Below are positions 23,601-36,251 of a DNA stretch of 64,000 bases, piece after piece (position 1 is the stretch's first letter; each line of letters starts with the position of its first letter). The stretch comes from Leptogorgia sarmentosa (lineage: Eukaryota): contig OZ210885.1 in the NCBI GenBank assembly GCA_964658305.1, positions 23,560,001 through 23,624,000 of the forward strand, read 5' to 3'. Position numbers and translations under genes: made by a program. Below the pieces are notes generated by a model. That model was not told the origin of the DNA and made no database searches. It worked only from the letters and a program-made list of their open reading frames with translations.

Positions 23601-26600
23601 TTGACCGTCATTCACTGTAATCTACCGTCATTCACTGTAATCTACCGTCATTCACTGTCATTGACCGTCATTCACTGTCATTCACTGTAATCTACCGTCA
23701 TTCACTGTAATCTACCGTCATTTACTGTCATTGACCGTCATTCACTGTCATTCACTGTAATCTACCGTCATTCACCGTAATCTACTGTCATTCACTGTCA
23801 TTGACCGTAATCTACTGTCATTCACCGTCATTGACCGTCATTCACTGTAATCTACCGTCATTCACCGTAATCTAGTGTCATTCACCGTCATTCAATGTAA
23901 TCTACCGTCATTCACCGTAATCTACTGTCATTCACCCTAATTCACTGTAATTCACTGCAATCTACCGTCATTCACCGTCATTCACCGTCATTCACCGTCA
24001 TTCACTGTAATCTACCGTCATTCACTGTAATCTACCGTCATTCACTGTAATCTACCGTCATTCACCGTAATCTACTGTCATTCACCGTAATCTACTGTCA
24101 TTCACCGTCATTCACTGTCATTCACTGTAATCTACTGTCATTCACTGTCATTGACCGTCATTCACTGTCATTCACTGTAATCTACCGTCATTCACCGTAA
24201 TCTACTGTCATTCACCGTCATTCACTGTCATTCACTGTAATCTACCGTCATTCACTGTAATCTACCGTCATTCACCGTAATCTACTGTCATTCACCGTAA
24301 TCTACTGTCATTCACCGTCATTCACTGTCATTCACTGTAATCTACTGTCATTCACTGTCATTGACCGTCACTCACTGTCATTCACTGTAATCTACCGTCA
24401 TTCACCGTAATCTACTGTCATTCACCGTAATTCACCGTCATTCACTGTCATTCACTGCAATCTACCGTCATTCACCGTCATTGACCGTCATTCACTGTCA
24501 TTCACTGTAATCTACCGTCATTCTCTGTAATCTACCGTCATTCACTGTCATTGACCGTAATCTACTGTCATTCACCGTCATTGATTGTCATTCACTGTCA
24601 TTCACTGTAATCTACCGTCATTCACGGTAATCTACCGTCATTCACGGTAATCTAGTGCCATTCACCGTCATTCACTGTAATCTACCGTCATTGACCGTAA
24701 TCTACTGTCATTCACCGTCATTGACGTCATTCACTGTCATTCACTGTAATCTACCATCATTCACCGTAATCTAGTGTCATTCACCGTCATTCACCGTCAT
24801 TCACTGTAATCTACCGTTATTGACCGTAATCTACTGTCATTCACCGTCATTGACCGTCATTCACTGTCATTCACTGTAATCTACCGTCATTCACCGTAAT
24901 CTAGTGTCATTCACTGTCATTCACCGTCATTCACCGTCATTCAGTGTAATCTACCGTCATTCACCGTAATCTACTGTCATTCACCGTCATTCACTGTCAT
25001 TCACTGCAATCTACCGTCATTCACTGTCATTCACCGTCATTCACTGTAATCTACCGTCATTCACTGTAATCTACCGTCATTCACCGTAATCTACTGTCAT
25101 TGACGGTCATTCACTGTCATTCACTGTAATCTACCGTCATTCACCGTAATCTACTGTCATTCACCGTAATTCACCGTAATTCACCGTCATTCACTGTCAT
25201 TCACTGCAATCTACCGTCATTCACTGTCATTGACCGTCATTCACTGTCATTGACCGTCATTCACTGTCATTCACTGTAATCTACCGTCATTCACTGTAAT
25301 CTACCGTCATTCACTGTCATTGACCGTCATTCACTGTCATTCACTGTAATCTACCGTCATTCACTGTAATCTACCGTCATTCACTGTAATCTACCGTCAT
25401 TTACTGTCATTAACCGTCATTCACTGTCATTCACTGTAATCTACCGTCATTCACTGTCATTCACTGTCATTCACTGTCATTCACCGTAATCTACTGTCAT
25501 TCACCGTAATTCACCGTCATTCACTGTCATTCTCTGTAATCTACCGTCATTCACTGTCATTGACCGTAATCTACTGTCATTCACCGTCATTGACCGTCAT
25601 TCACTGTCATTCACTGTAATCTACCGTCATTCACTGTCATTGACCGTAATCTACTGTCATTCACCGTCATTGACCGTCATTCACTGTAATCTACCGTCAT
25701 TCACCGTAATCTAGTGTCATTCACCGTCATTCACTGTAATCTACCGTTATTGACCGTAATCTACTGTCATTCACCGTCATTGACCGTCATTCACTGTCAT
25801 TCACTGTAATCTACCGTCATTCACCGTAATCTAGTGTCATTCACTGTCATTCACCGTCATTCACCGTCATTCAGTGTAATCTACCGTCATTCACCGTAAT
25901 CTACTGTCATTCACCGTAATTCACCGTCATTCACTGTCATTCACTGCAATCTACCGTCATTCACTGTCATTCACCGTCATTCACTGTAATCTACCGTCAT
26001 TCACTGTAATCTACCGTCATTCACCGTAATCTACTGTCATTGACGGTCATTCACTGTCATTCACTGTAATCTACCGTCATTCACCGTAATCTACTGTCAT
26101 TCACCGTAATTCACCGTCATTCACTGTCATTCACTGCAATCTACCGTCATTCACTGTCATTGACCGTCATTCACTGTAATCTACCGTCATTCACTGTAAT
26201 CTACCGTCATTCACTGTCATTGACCGTCATTCACTGTCATTCACTGTAATCTACCGTCATTCACTGTAATCTACCGTCATTCACTGTAATCTACCGTCAT
26301 TTACTGTCATTGACCGTCATTCACTGTCATTCACTGTAATCTACCGTCATTCACCGTAATCTACTGTCATTCACCGTAATTCACCGTCATTCACTGTCAT
26401 TCTCTGTAATCTACCGTCATTCACTGTCATTGACCGTAATCTACTGTCATTCACCGTCATTGACCGTCATTCACTGTAATCTACCGTCATTCACTGTCAT
26501 TGACCGTAATCTACTGTCATTCACTGTAATCTACCGTCATTCACCGTAATCTAGTGTCATTCACCGTCATTCACTGTAATCTACCATCATTCACCGTAAT

Positions 26601-27778
26601 CTAGTGTCATTCACCGTCATTCACTGTAATCTACCGTTATTGACCGTAATCTACTGTCATTCACCGTCATTGACCGTCATTCACTGTCATTCACTGTAAT
26701 CTACCGTCATTCACCGTAATCTAGTGTCATTCACTGTCATTCACCGTCATTCACCGTCATTCAGTGTAATCTACCGTCATTCACCGTAATCTACTGTCAT
26801 TCACCGTAATTCACCGTCATTCACTGTCATTCACTGCAATCTACCGTCATTCACTGTCATTCACCGTCATTCACTGTAATCTACCGTCATTCACTGTAAT
26901 CTACCGTCATTCACTGTAATCTACCGTCATTCACCGTAATCTACTGTCATTGACGGTCATTCACTGTCATTCACTGTAATCTACCGTCATTCACCGTAAT
27001 CTACTGTCATTCACCGTAATTCACCGTCATTCACTGTCATTCACTGCAATCTACCGTCATTCACTGTCATTGACCGTCATTCACTGTCATTCACTGTAAT
27101 CTACCGTCATTCACTGTAATCTACCGTCATTCACTGTCATTGACCGTCATTCACTGTCATTCACTGTAATCTACCGTCATTCACTGTAATCTACCGTCAT
27201 TCACTGTAATCTACCGTCATTTACTGTCATTGACCGTCATTCACTGTCATTCACTGTAATCTACCGTCATTCACCGTAATCTACTGTCATTCACCGTAAT
27301 CTACTGTCATTCACCGTAATTCACCGTCATTCACTGTCATTCTCTGTAATCTACCGTCATTCACTGTCATTGACCGTAATCTACTGTCATTCACCGTCAT
27401 TGACCGTCATTCACTGTCATTCACTGTAATCTACCGTCATTCACTGTCATTGACCGTAATCTACTGTCATTCACCGTCATTGATTGTCATTCACTGTCAT
27501 TCACCGTCATTCACTGTCATTCACTGCAATCTACCGTCATTCACTGTAATCTACCGTCATTCACTGTAATCTACCGTCATTCACCGTAATCTAGTGTCAT
27601 TCACCGTCATTCACTGTAATCTACCGTCATTCACCGTAATCTACTGTCATTCACCGTAATTCACCGTCATTCACTGTCATTCACTGTAATCTACCGTCAT
27701 TCACCGTAATCTACTGTCATTCACTGTCATTTACTGTAATCTACCGTCATCCACTGTCATCTACTGTCATTTACTGTA
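20650..27778 (+). repeat. ~7.1-kb array of 10-bp units (left arm)
   Basis: Units ATTCACYGTM / ATCTACYGTC / ATTGACCGTM. Confidence 0.97.
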
Positions 27779-27869
27779 CTTGGTTCTACCAACCAATTAC
27801 TGTCAAGGTATGTATCCGGGTATTTCTCTGAGTGTTGTATGTCGTGAATATTATTGAAATATCAAATAC

Positions 27870-28545
27870 TTGTATTTTGATAATCTGGTCATCATGAGTC
27901 ATATGTTTAATTTTGTGTTGACTACAATTATATTTCAAGTTTTTTTGCTGTTGAGTAGCGGTGAAGCCATTAATGTTTCAGGCTACACTAAAGAGAAAAT
28001 TGCTAAAGCCATCGAATTGTTCGTAAAGGGTGACCGTTTTGAAACATTGATAATTCGTGAATATCTGTGCAGCAATTAAATGCCGATAATATCAGCAAGA
28101 TGAAAGCAGTGATGTCTTCATCACTAGATTCTCGTCAATCAACATTTGAAGATCACGGATATTCCTCTGAGGATCAGCAAAAAAACACAACTGCTGTATT
28201 AATCGCACTTGATGGTTTAACCTTTTATGAAATGTATCGAGGTCTCGAGGAACTCGGCTACGCGCGATTTCTTTCAAAGACTAATCTCCCTAGCTCTATT
28301 GGTATTGGCATGCACTCTCACAGAAAATTAGCTAGTGTCAGTGCTAATAATGCCCATGATTTGATTAGCACACCTGGATACGTTGATTATGTAGACAAAA
28401 CTCTCGAAGGGCATCTCGAAGCTTTTGGTTTAGAACAAGTGGCTATTCCTGGTGACGGCAATTGTTTCTTTTCTGCCGTTGCTTTCCATTTGTCTTCGTT
28501 ATTAAGTTCACCCGGCACACCCAACTCAATCTTTGCTACAAAAAA
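27870..28545 (+). pseudogene. Fragment of an OTU-like protease-containing gene
   Basis: HLEAFGLEQVAIPGDGNCFFSAVAFHL. It is truncated before the catalytic His region. Confidence 0.6.
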
Positions 28546-28837
28546 AATGCAACTGATTAGGGCCAAGTTTAAATTTGTATTTTATTTTCTCTCGCAGCAG
28601 CATATATATATGCACCCATCAATAATGCATCCTGTAAATTAGAGAATCGCAATACAAATTGATGGTGTTAACGGGCAATTCTACATCAAAACAATGTGAA
28701 AATGGGCCTTGCGGCAGAAACTTGCGCATAGATTTTGTTTTCATTGAATGAATTCCACAATTTGAGTTTCACAACTCCAGTAATTAAAGCTTACATTGGT
28801 TTGATTTGCAAATATTGTACACGTTTAATATGACTTA

Positions 28838-29077
28838 CTGTGAAGGACCATTTTCGGAACTTGCGTTGAGGGGATCAACAACAGCGAGGTCGATCCCTAA
28901 AATATATCCTGTCACATTTCCATGGCCATCTCCGACATAGCCAGACACACACAAAGAAAAGTTGGTCACTTCTTCAAAGCCTCCTGGTTTTTCGAAACCA
29001 AGCGCCTTTCCAGGAGCATTGAGCGTCAGCCTATTTGGGTCGACTTGAACCACAATTTCTTCTTCTATAACGTCCAT
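28838..29077 (-). pseudogene. Orphan first exon of an unknown gene
   Basis: MDVIEEEIVVQVDPNRLTL...FEEVTNFSLCVSGYV..GYILGIDL, ending at a GTAAGT donor. No downstream exon was recognised. Confidence 0.35.
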
Positions 29078-29296
29078 TTTCGTCGTGAACTTAAAACACT
29101 CAACTTGAAACATGTGCTTCGAAGTTCGAAATGACGTTGATTTTTATAAGTTGATTTTTATCACGTGGTTATGACGTTTTTTGCATGATCCAATAGTAAT
29201 CGACTAATTCATGCAAATGACCCGGCCCGGAGGGTCGGCGTTAGATCATATAGAGTTCACGTACCATGACGTCATGATTTTAATATAACAGTTTAT

Positions 29297-29483
29297 TTAA
29301 GAAATAGATAACGAGTCGCGTGCCACTATGCACGAGGGAAATGTTTGGAGAATACGAGAGAATCGCGTAAAACACGAGGCGTAGCCGAGTGTTTTACGCG
29401 ATTCTCGAGTATTCTCACAACATTGCCCGAGTGCAATTATAACAGCATAATGGCACGCGACGAGTTTTTCTATTTCCTTTATA
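29297..29483. repeat. Long imperfect palindrome with core CACGAGGCGTAGCCGAGTG (element may extend to ~29795)
   Basis: GAGAATACGAGAGAATCGCGTAAAACAC / GTGTTTTACGCGATTCTCGAGTATTCTC. Confidence 0.75.
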
Positions 29484-30069
29484 ATATAAGAGAATATTAG
29501 CGCAACAAATAATTTCGTTAGAAAGATCAAAATTACAATTCTCTTTACATGTAATCAAGCGTGTTCTCAAATGTTGCCAAGCAGCAACACAGCTTTATTC
29601 CTTTAGCTGAGCGAAAGCAAACAATTCAAGCCTTTTTTATGGATGTATTTTCAGTATATATGTATTTTTATTGTCTTTTTGTCAAATCAATGAGTCGCGG
29701 GAGAAATTTTATATCTAGATGCGTGCATTACGCTGTTATAATGCACGCTCATTAGCCAATCATGTTGCAGATTTTACCCTACTTATATTATAAATAGTAT
29801 TAGTATTAGCTGTGAACTAGTTTTATATAGACTAAGATCCCAACCCAAACCCTAAATACTAACCCTGACCATAAAGGTCAGCAAACTATTGAGGAAAAAA
29901 AGTTTTAACTTGAATTCGCCAACGCGAAAAGTGTCGCACCGGGGCTTGAACTCTAAAGCAGCAACGCGAGCACCGCGTGCCTAACCTCCTGAGCCCATTT
30001 CGAGCTCGCTGAAAACTGTCGTCAAAAAACATTTTCAGAAAACTCCGCGAGAAAAACAAAGAAAACTAC

Positions 30070-32890
30070 TGAATGACAGTAGATGACAGTGAATGACGGT
30101 AGATTACAGTAGATTACAGTGAATGACGGTAGATGACAGTGAATGACAGTGCATGACAGTGAATGACAGTAGATTACAGTGAATCACAGTAGATTACAGT
30201 GAATCACAGTAGATGACAGTGAATGACAGTAGATTACAGTGAATGACGGTAGATTACATGAATCACAATAGATGACAGTGAATCACAGTAGATTACAGTG
30301 AATGACGGCACATTACAGTAGATTACAGTAGATTACAGTGAATGACAGTGAATGACAGTAGATTACGGTGAGTGACGGTAGATTACAGTGAATGACGGTC
30401 AATGACGGTGTATGACAGTAGATGACAGTAGATGACAGTAGATGACAGTAGATGACAGTAGATGACAGTAGATGACAGTAGATTACAGTGAATGACGGTA
30501 GATGACAGTGAATGACAGTGAATGACAGAAGATTACAGTGAATGACGGTAGATTACAGTAGATTACAGTAGATTACAGTAGATTACAGTGAATGACAGTG
30601 AATGACGGTAGATTACAGTGAATGACAGTGAATGACGGTCAATGACAGTGAATGACGGTAGATTACAGTGAATGACGGTGAATGACGGTGAATGACGGTG
30701 AATGACAGTAGATTACGGTGAATGACGGTAGATTACAGTGAATGACAGTGAATGACGGTGAATGACGGTGAATGACAGTGAATGACGGTAGATTGCAGTG
30801 AATGACAGTGAATGACGGTGAATTACGGTGAATGACAGTAGATTACGATGAATGACGGTAGATTACACTGAATGACGGTGAATGACACTAGATTACGGTG
30901 AATGACGGTAGATTACAGTGAATGACAGTGAATGACGGTCAATGACGGTGAATGAGAGTAGATTACGGTCAATGACAGTGAATGACGGTAGATTACAGTG
31001 AATGACGGTAGATTACAGTGAATGACGGTCAATGACGGTGAATGACAGTAGATTACGGTCAATGACAGTAGATTACAGTGAATGACGGTAGATTACAGTG
31101 AATGACAGTGAATGACGGTCAATGACGGTGAATGACAGTAGATTACGGTGAATGACGGTAGATTACAGAGAATGACGGTAGATTACAGTGAATGACAGTG
31201 AATGACGGTCAATGACGGTGAATGACGGTAGATTGCAGTGAATGACAGTGAATGACGGTGAATTACGGTGAATGACAGTAGATTACGGTGAATGACGGTA
31301 GATTACAGTGAATGACAGTGAATGACGGTCAATGACAGTAAATGACGGTAGATTACAGTGAATGACAGTGAATGACGGTCAATGACAGTGAATGACGGTA
31401 GATTACAGTGAATGACGGTAGATTACAGTGAATGACGGTCAATGACAGTGAATGACGGTAGATTGCAGTGAATGACAGTGAATGACGGTGAATTACGGTG
31501 AATAACAGTAGATTACGGTGAATGACGGTAGATTACAGTGAATGACGGTAGATTACAGTGAATGACAGTGAATGACGGTGAATGACGGTGAATGACAGTG
31601 AATGACAGTGAATGACGGTAGATTGCAGTGAATGACAGTGAATGACGGTGAATTACGGTGAATGACAGTAGATTACGGTGAATGACGGTAGATTACAGTG
31701 AATGACAGTGAATGACGGTCAATGACGGTGAATGACAGTAGATTACGGTCAATGACAGTGAATGACGGTAGATTACAGTGAATGACGGTAGATTACAGTG
31801 AATGACAGTGAATGACGGTCAATGACGGTGAATGACAGTAGATTACGGTCAATGACAGTGAATGACGGTAAATGACAGTGAATGACGGTAGATTACAGAG
31901 AATGACGGTAGATTACAGTGAATGACAGTGAATGACGGTCAATGACGGTGAATGACGGTAGATTGCAGTGAATGACAGTGAATGACGGTGAATTACGGTG
32001 AATGACAGTAGATTACGGTGAATGACGGTAGATTACAGTGAATGACAGTGAATGACGGTCAATGACAGTGAATGACGGTAGATTACAGTGAATGACAGTG
32101 AATGACGGTAATGACAGTAGATTACGGTGAATGACGGTAGATTACAGTGAATGACGGTAGATTACAGTGAATGACAGTGAATGACGGTGAATAACAGTGA
32201 ATGACGGTAGATTGCAGTGAATTACAGTGAATGACGGTGAATGACAGTAGATTACGGTGAATGACGGTAGATTACAGTGAATGACGGTGAATGACACTAG
32301 ATTACGGTGAATGACGGTAGATTACAGTGAATGACAGTGAATGACGGTCAATGACGGTGAATGACAGTAGATTACGGTCAATGACAGTGAATGACGGTGA
32401 ATGACAGTAGATTACGGTGAATGACGGTAGATTACAGTGAATGACAGTGAATGACGGTCAATGACAGTAAATGACGGTAGATTACAGTGAATGACGGTAG
32501 ATTACAGTGAATGACAGTGAATGACGGTCAATGACAGTGAATGACGGTAGATTACAGTGAATGACGGTAGATTACGGTGAATGACGGTAGATTACACTGA
32601 ATTACGGTAGATTACACTGAATGACAGTGAATGACGGTCAATGACAGTGAATGACGGTAGATTACAGTGAATGACAGTAGATTACAGTGAATGACAGTAG
32701 ATTACAGTGAATGACGGTAGATTACAGTGAATGACAGTGAATGACAGTAGATTACGGTGAATGACGGTAGATTACAGTGAATGACGGTAGATTAAAGTGA
32801 ATGACGGTAGATTACAGTGAATGACGGTGAATGACGGTAGATTACAGTGAATGACAGTGAATGACAGTGAATGACAGTAGATGACAGTAG
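30070..32890 (-). repeat. ~2.8-kb array of 10-bp units (right arm, inverted relative to the left arm)
   Basis: GAATGACRGT / AGATTACRGT units, the reverse complement of the left array units. Confidence 0.97.
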
Positions 32891-32947
32891 ATGGATACTT
32901 AGGGTCTCTGCTATATATTGGTGTATGTAGAACATGGAATTATTACC

Positions 32948-33105
32948 CTGATTGTAGTATTAGTCAGTCTGAGTCATCCCCTGATTGTAGTATCAGTCAG
33001 TCTCAGTCATCCCAGTCAGTCTCAGTCATCCCCTTATTGTACTGATTGTAGTTATCAGTCAGTCTCAGTCATCCCTTCATTGTAGTATCAGTCAGTCTCA
33101 GTCAT
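32948..33105. repeat. 33-bp minisatellite, right part
   Basis: Same unit and orientation as 19930-20452. Confidence 0.88.
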
Positions 33106-33625
33106 ATATGTCATATCGTTGGTGACGCGCAAAAATGGCGTAACTAATTTTTTTAAACTTTTGGCTGGGAGCTAAAAACGAAATATCGTCTGAAAAACGA
33201 ACAATATTGCCAAAGTTTTTCATTCTAAAAGACGTTAACGTTGCCCTTTTACAAACAAAAGTTACAGTTGCTGATATCTATACTCTATTTCGGTGAAAAT
33301 AGTAAATAACATACTTACGCAAATATCTTTCTACGATCCCATAGCGGAACCACGGAGTTACACAATTTTAACATTTATTATATATTATCTATATTAATAT
33401 GGCGTATAAAAACAGACTACGTTTAAACCCAGTTAAACTTTATTGTTTTACATGATAGTATAATTAAGTTATGATGAGTGAAACGTTCCACAAGCGGAAC
33501 CACGATTGTGATAAGACAACTGAACAAAACATTTGAAAAAGCCATGCACTCATTTATAACAAACCAGAGTTCTAAGCCTTATTGTTCAACAGATAAAAGA
33601 TTTTGTTTCTAAACTGAAATTGACG

Positions 33626-36251
33626 CTTTAAAGATGCGGCAGATTGTCATAATAATGGTGATGAATAGGATGCAGGACACGTTTGATGTCTTGAAGATCT
33701 TTGAACTTTTTGGCGGTAATTGGTTGAGAGCTAGTATACAGCGGTGGTTCTGGTCCTTTGACATCCTTTTTCGGCGATGGACCCGAGGAAGTAACTCGTA
33801 GTTGTCGCCAGCTTCATGATCCAACTTATACTTTATCTCACCATCACTGCAACATTGATACTCTTTTACATCAACAACGCATGGATCTCCTTTCTTGGTA
33901 CCCGATCGAATGGAATCATACTCTTGGGTTACTTCGAAGTTCTTGAAGAAATCATGCTCTAAATATTTGCACCTGAAGGGCATGGCTTTTGGCGGGCTTC
34001 TCTGACAATGCGGCAGTAATCTGCAGGGGTTTCCAGATCACAATTCTTTTGACGACTCTCAATCTTCGCGTGAACTGAATCGACTTCCATTTGCGTGTGT
34101 CCTTTTTCAAGGTATTTAACAAAAATATCCTTGGAATGTCGTTTTGCCCATATAGAAATAGCAGATAATAGTGTGACATTTCTGTTCTGGGCGCCACACC
34201 CATCACTCCACATGATAATTTGCTCGAGACTGGGAGTTTCTGTGATCTGATCCAAGTAATCCAGTAGACATGAAGCAAAAACACTCGCAGTTAGTCCAGC
34301 ACTAGTTTCTGGCCATACGTAGTAAACCACTTCCTGTGTACCTATATTGTAAACGGTATAATTATGTAGATTCAACCTTGTTTTAAAATAGAGGCAGCTA
34401 GCTTCCAACTTTGGGATGGTTTGTACTGCTTGTACATCAACGATAACCATTAACACCTTGTCGGTCGCCTTTTTTGCATTTTCTTTATCTTTGTCTTTTT
34501 CCTCTCGAGCCTTATCCTTAAGATCCACGTGAGTCATGTAAGCCTGCTGTGATATGTTACCAACTTTGTATGCAATGCACGTGTCACATTGGTCCTTCTT
34601 CGGTTGCCAAATCTCGATGTTCTTCTCGTTTAGAATAGTCCTGAAAACTGTTCGCGACACAGGTGGATGCTCTGCATGGTTATCCTTAATCCATTTGCAA
34701 TATTTATCGTGCACGTCCTTGAAATTTGCGAAGTCATATGGCCAAAGGTAACTTTTTGTTGAAGACTTTCGACAATAATGCGACGGGACTTTGTCCAACC
34801 CTTCGACAAATAAATTTGCCAAGCGTACTCTCTCTTTGTCTTTTGCATTCTTCCCTTCTGTTCTTTGCTGTTTAGGTGAGAATCTAGTTGATGGTGTCAT
34901 TCCGTCCTTACCATTTTCAACCCAATTGAGAATGGTACGGTGGGGAATTTTGAGTGTGTTTTGAAACATTGTCGCACAAACACGAACACGAGTTTCTCTA
35001 ACCTTGAGGTGATATTGGAGACTGCAAGAGCGTCGACTAGCGACCCCTTTGCTTTGTTTTTTCCCAACAACGTCGATCATGGTGCAGACGTAGACACGGC
35101 GTTGATCCCAATCCATTTCCTTCCAAAACATATCAAACAGCTCTTTTCTATTATCGTCTGAAATCGTATGACACTGGAGAGTTTTGCTTTTTGGTGTATC
35201 ACACACTTTCCCCCCACACCTGGCACCAAGCTGTACCGCGTTCCTACAAACTTCTCCTGATTCATTTTCTGTTTTTGAATAAACCTTGCCAATATATGTT
35301 TCCCCTCGCATTCGCTTACCTTTCTCCACGTTTCGTTTCCACCGATTTCAAACCGATTATTTGCGGCTCCTTTTTAATTTTTGTAATAGTGTAACGAGCT
35401 ACACTTTGAGAGACACCGATGGCAAACTAGCTGTTCCTATGCCTCGAACCAACTATTTAAAGAATAGTTTTGCTTATAGTGGTGCGACGCTGTGGAACAG
35501 CCTTCCTATTCACCTAAGAAAGGCTAGCATTCTAAGGCAATTCAAAACTGGCTGCAGTACTTATATCACCTAGACGTTTGTCCCCACGGCACTCATGGAA
35601 AGCAGGTTTTCCAATGTAACATATACATATATATATATATATTTTTGTATTTGTAATTTTTGTTTGTGCAATTGTTTGTAATATGTATCCTGATGAGTTT
35701 TTGCCGTGGTTAAATTAAGTTCTTGAATCTTGGGCTTTCTGGCTACGTTTCCTCGTATTCAGTGGCACACCTTCATTTATCTGAGAGGTGTCTGCATTTC
35801 CCATCTCCGATGGCATCTGTTCTGCATGTGCATTGCTGGATTCATTAACATGCAATGCAACATCATCGTTGAAATTTTGCGCAATAAACTCTCCAGCTGT
35901 TTTTTCTACTTCTTCAATGTCGGATTCTGGAAAGTTCTGGTTAACAATTTGTTCTGGAAAAGCATCGTCATAATCTCCAAGATCTCCAAGTGCACTTAAA
36001 CCGTCATTCTCACTCAGCGGTAAATTAAAATGGGCTTCCAGCTGTTGATCAAGTGGTATCAATTCATCAAAGGTTTCAGTTGGTATTTGGGCGAGTGGTT
36101 GCAACTCAGCTAAAACTGGTGTTTCATTACCAACAGAAGGCAATGATATTTGTGAAACCTCTGTTACCGTGTTGTTACACTTGTTTTTTTGCAGAGCGGC
36201 TAACAGGCAGCGGTTACCATAGCTCAGAAATTTAGGTGCAGTACTAGACAT
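33626..36251 (-). pseudogene. Sola1 transposase, frameshifted and interrupted by a LINE fragment
   Basis: SHYCRKSS, PKKDQCDTC, DVQAVQTIP, LYFKTRLNLHNYTVYN, WSDGCGAQNRN, YLEKGHTQMEVDSVHAKIE. Confidence 0.88.
35378..35714 (+). mobile_element. 5'-truncated CR1/L2-group LINE (RT C-terminus and 3' UTR)
   Basis: YTLRDTDGKLAVPMPRTNYLKNSFAYSGATLWNSLP...FK, ending ...CCGTGGTTAAA. TTAA lies on both sides. Confidence 0.82.

Larger units (their letters stand above)
20453..32947. mobile_element. 12.5-kb foldback-type DNA element with an 8-bp TSD (superfamily uncertain: Zisupton- or Merlin-like)
   Basis: Perfect 57-bp TIRs at 20453-20509 and 32891-32947 (GGTAATAATTCCATG...); CTGATTGT at 20445-20452 and 32948-32955; inverted internal arrays. 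Confidence 0.88.

Noticed and set aside
19930..33105. CRISPR-like array (33-bp and 10-bp repeats)
   Set aside because: The repeats are head-to-tail with no unique spacers, there are no cas genes, and the context is eukaryotic.
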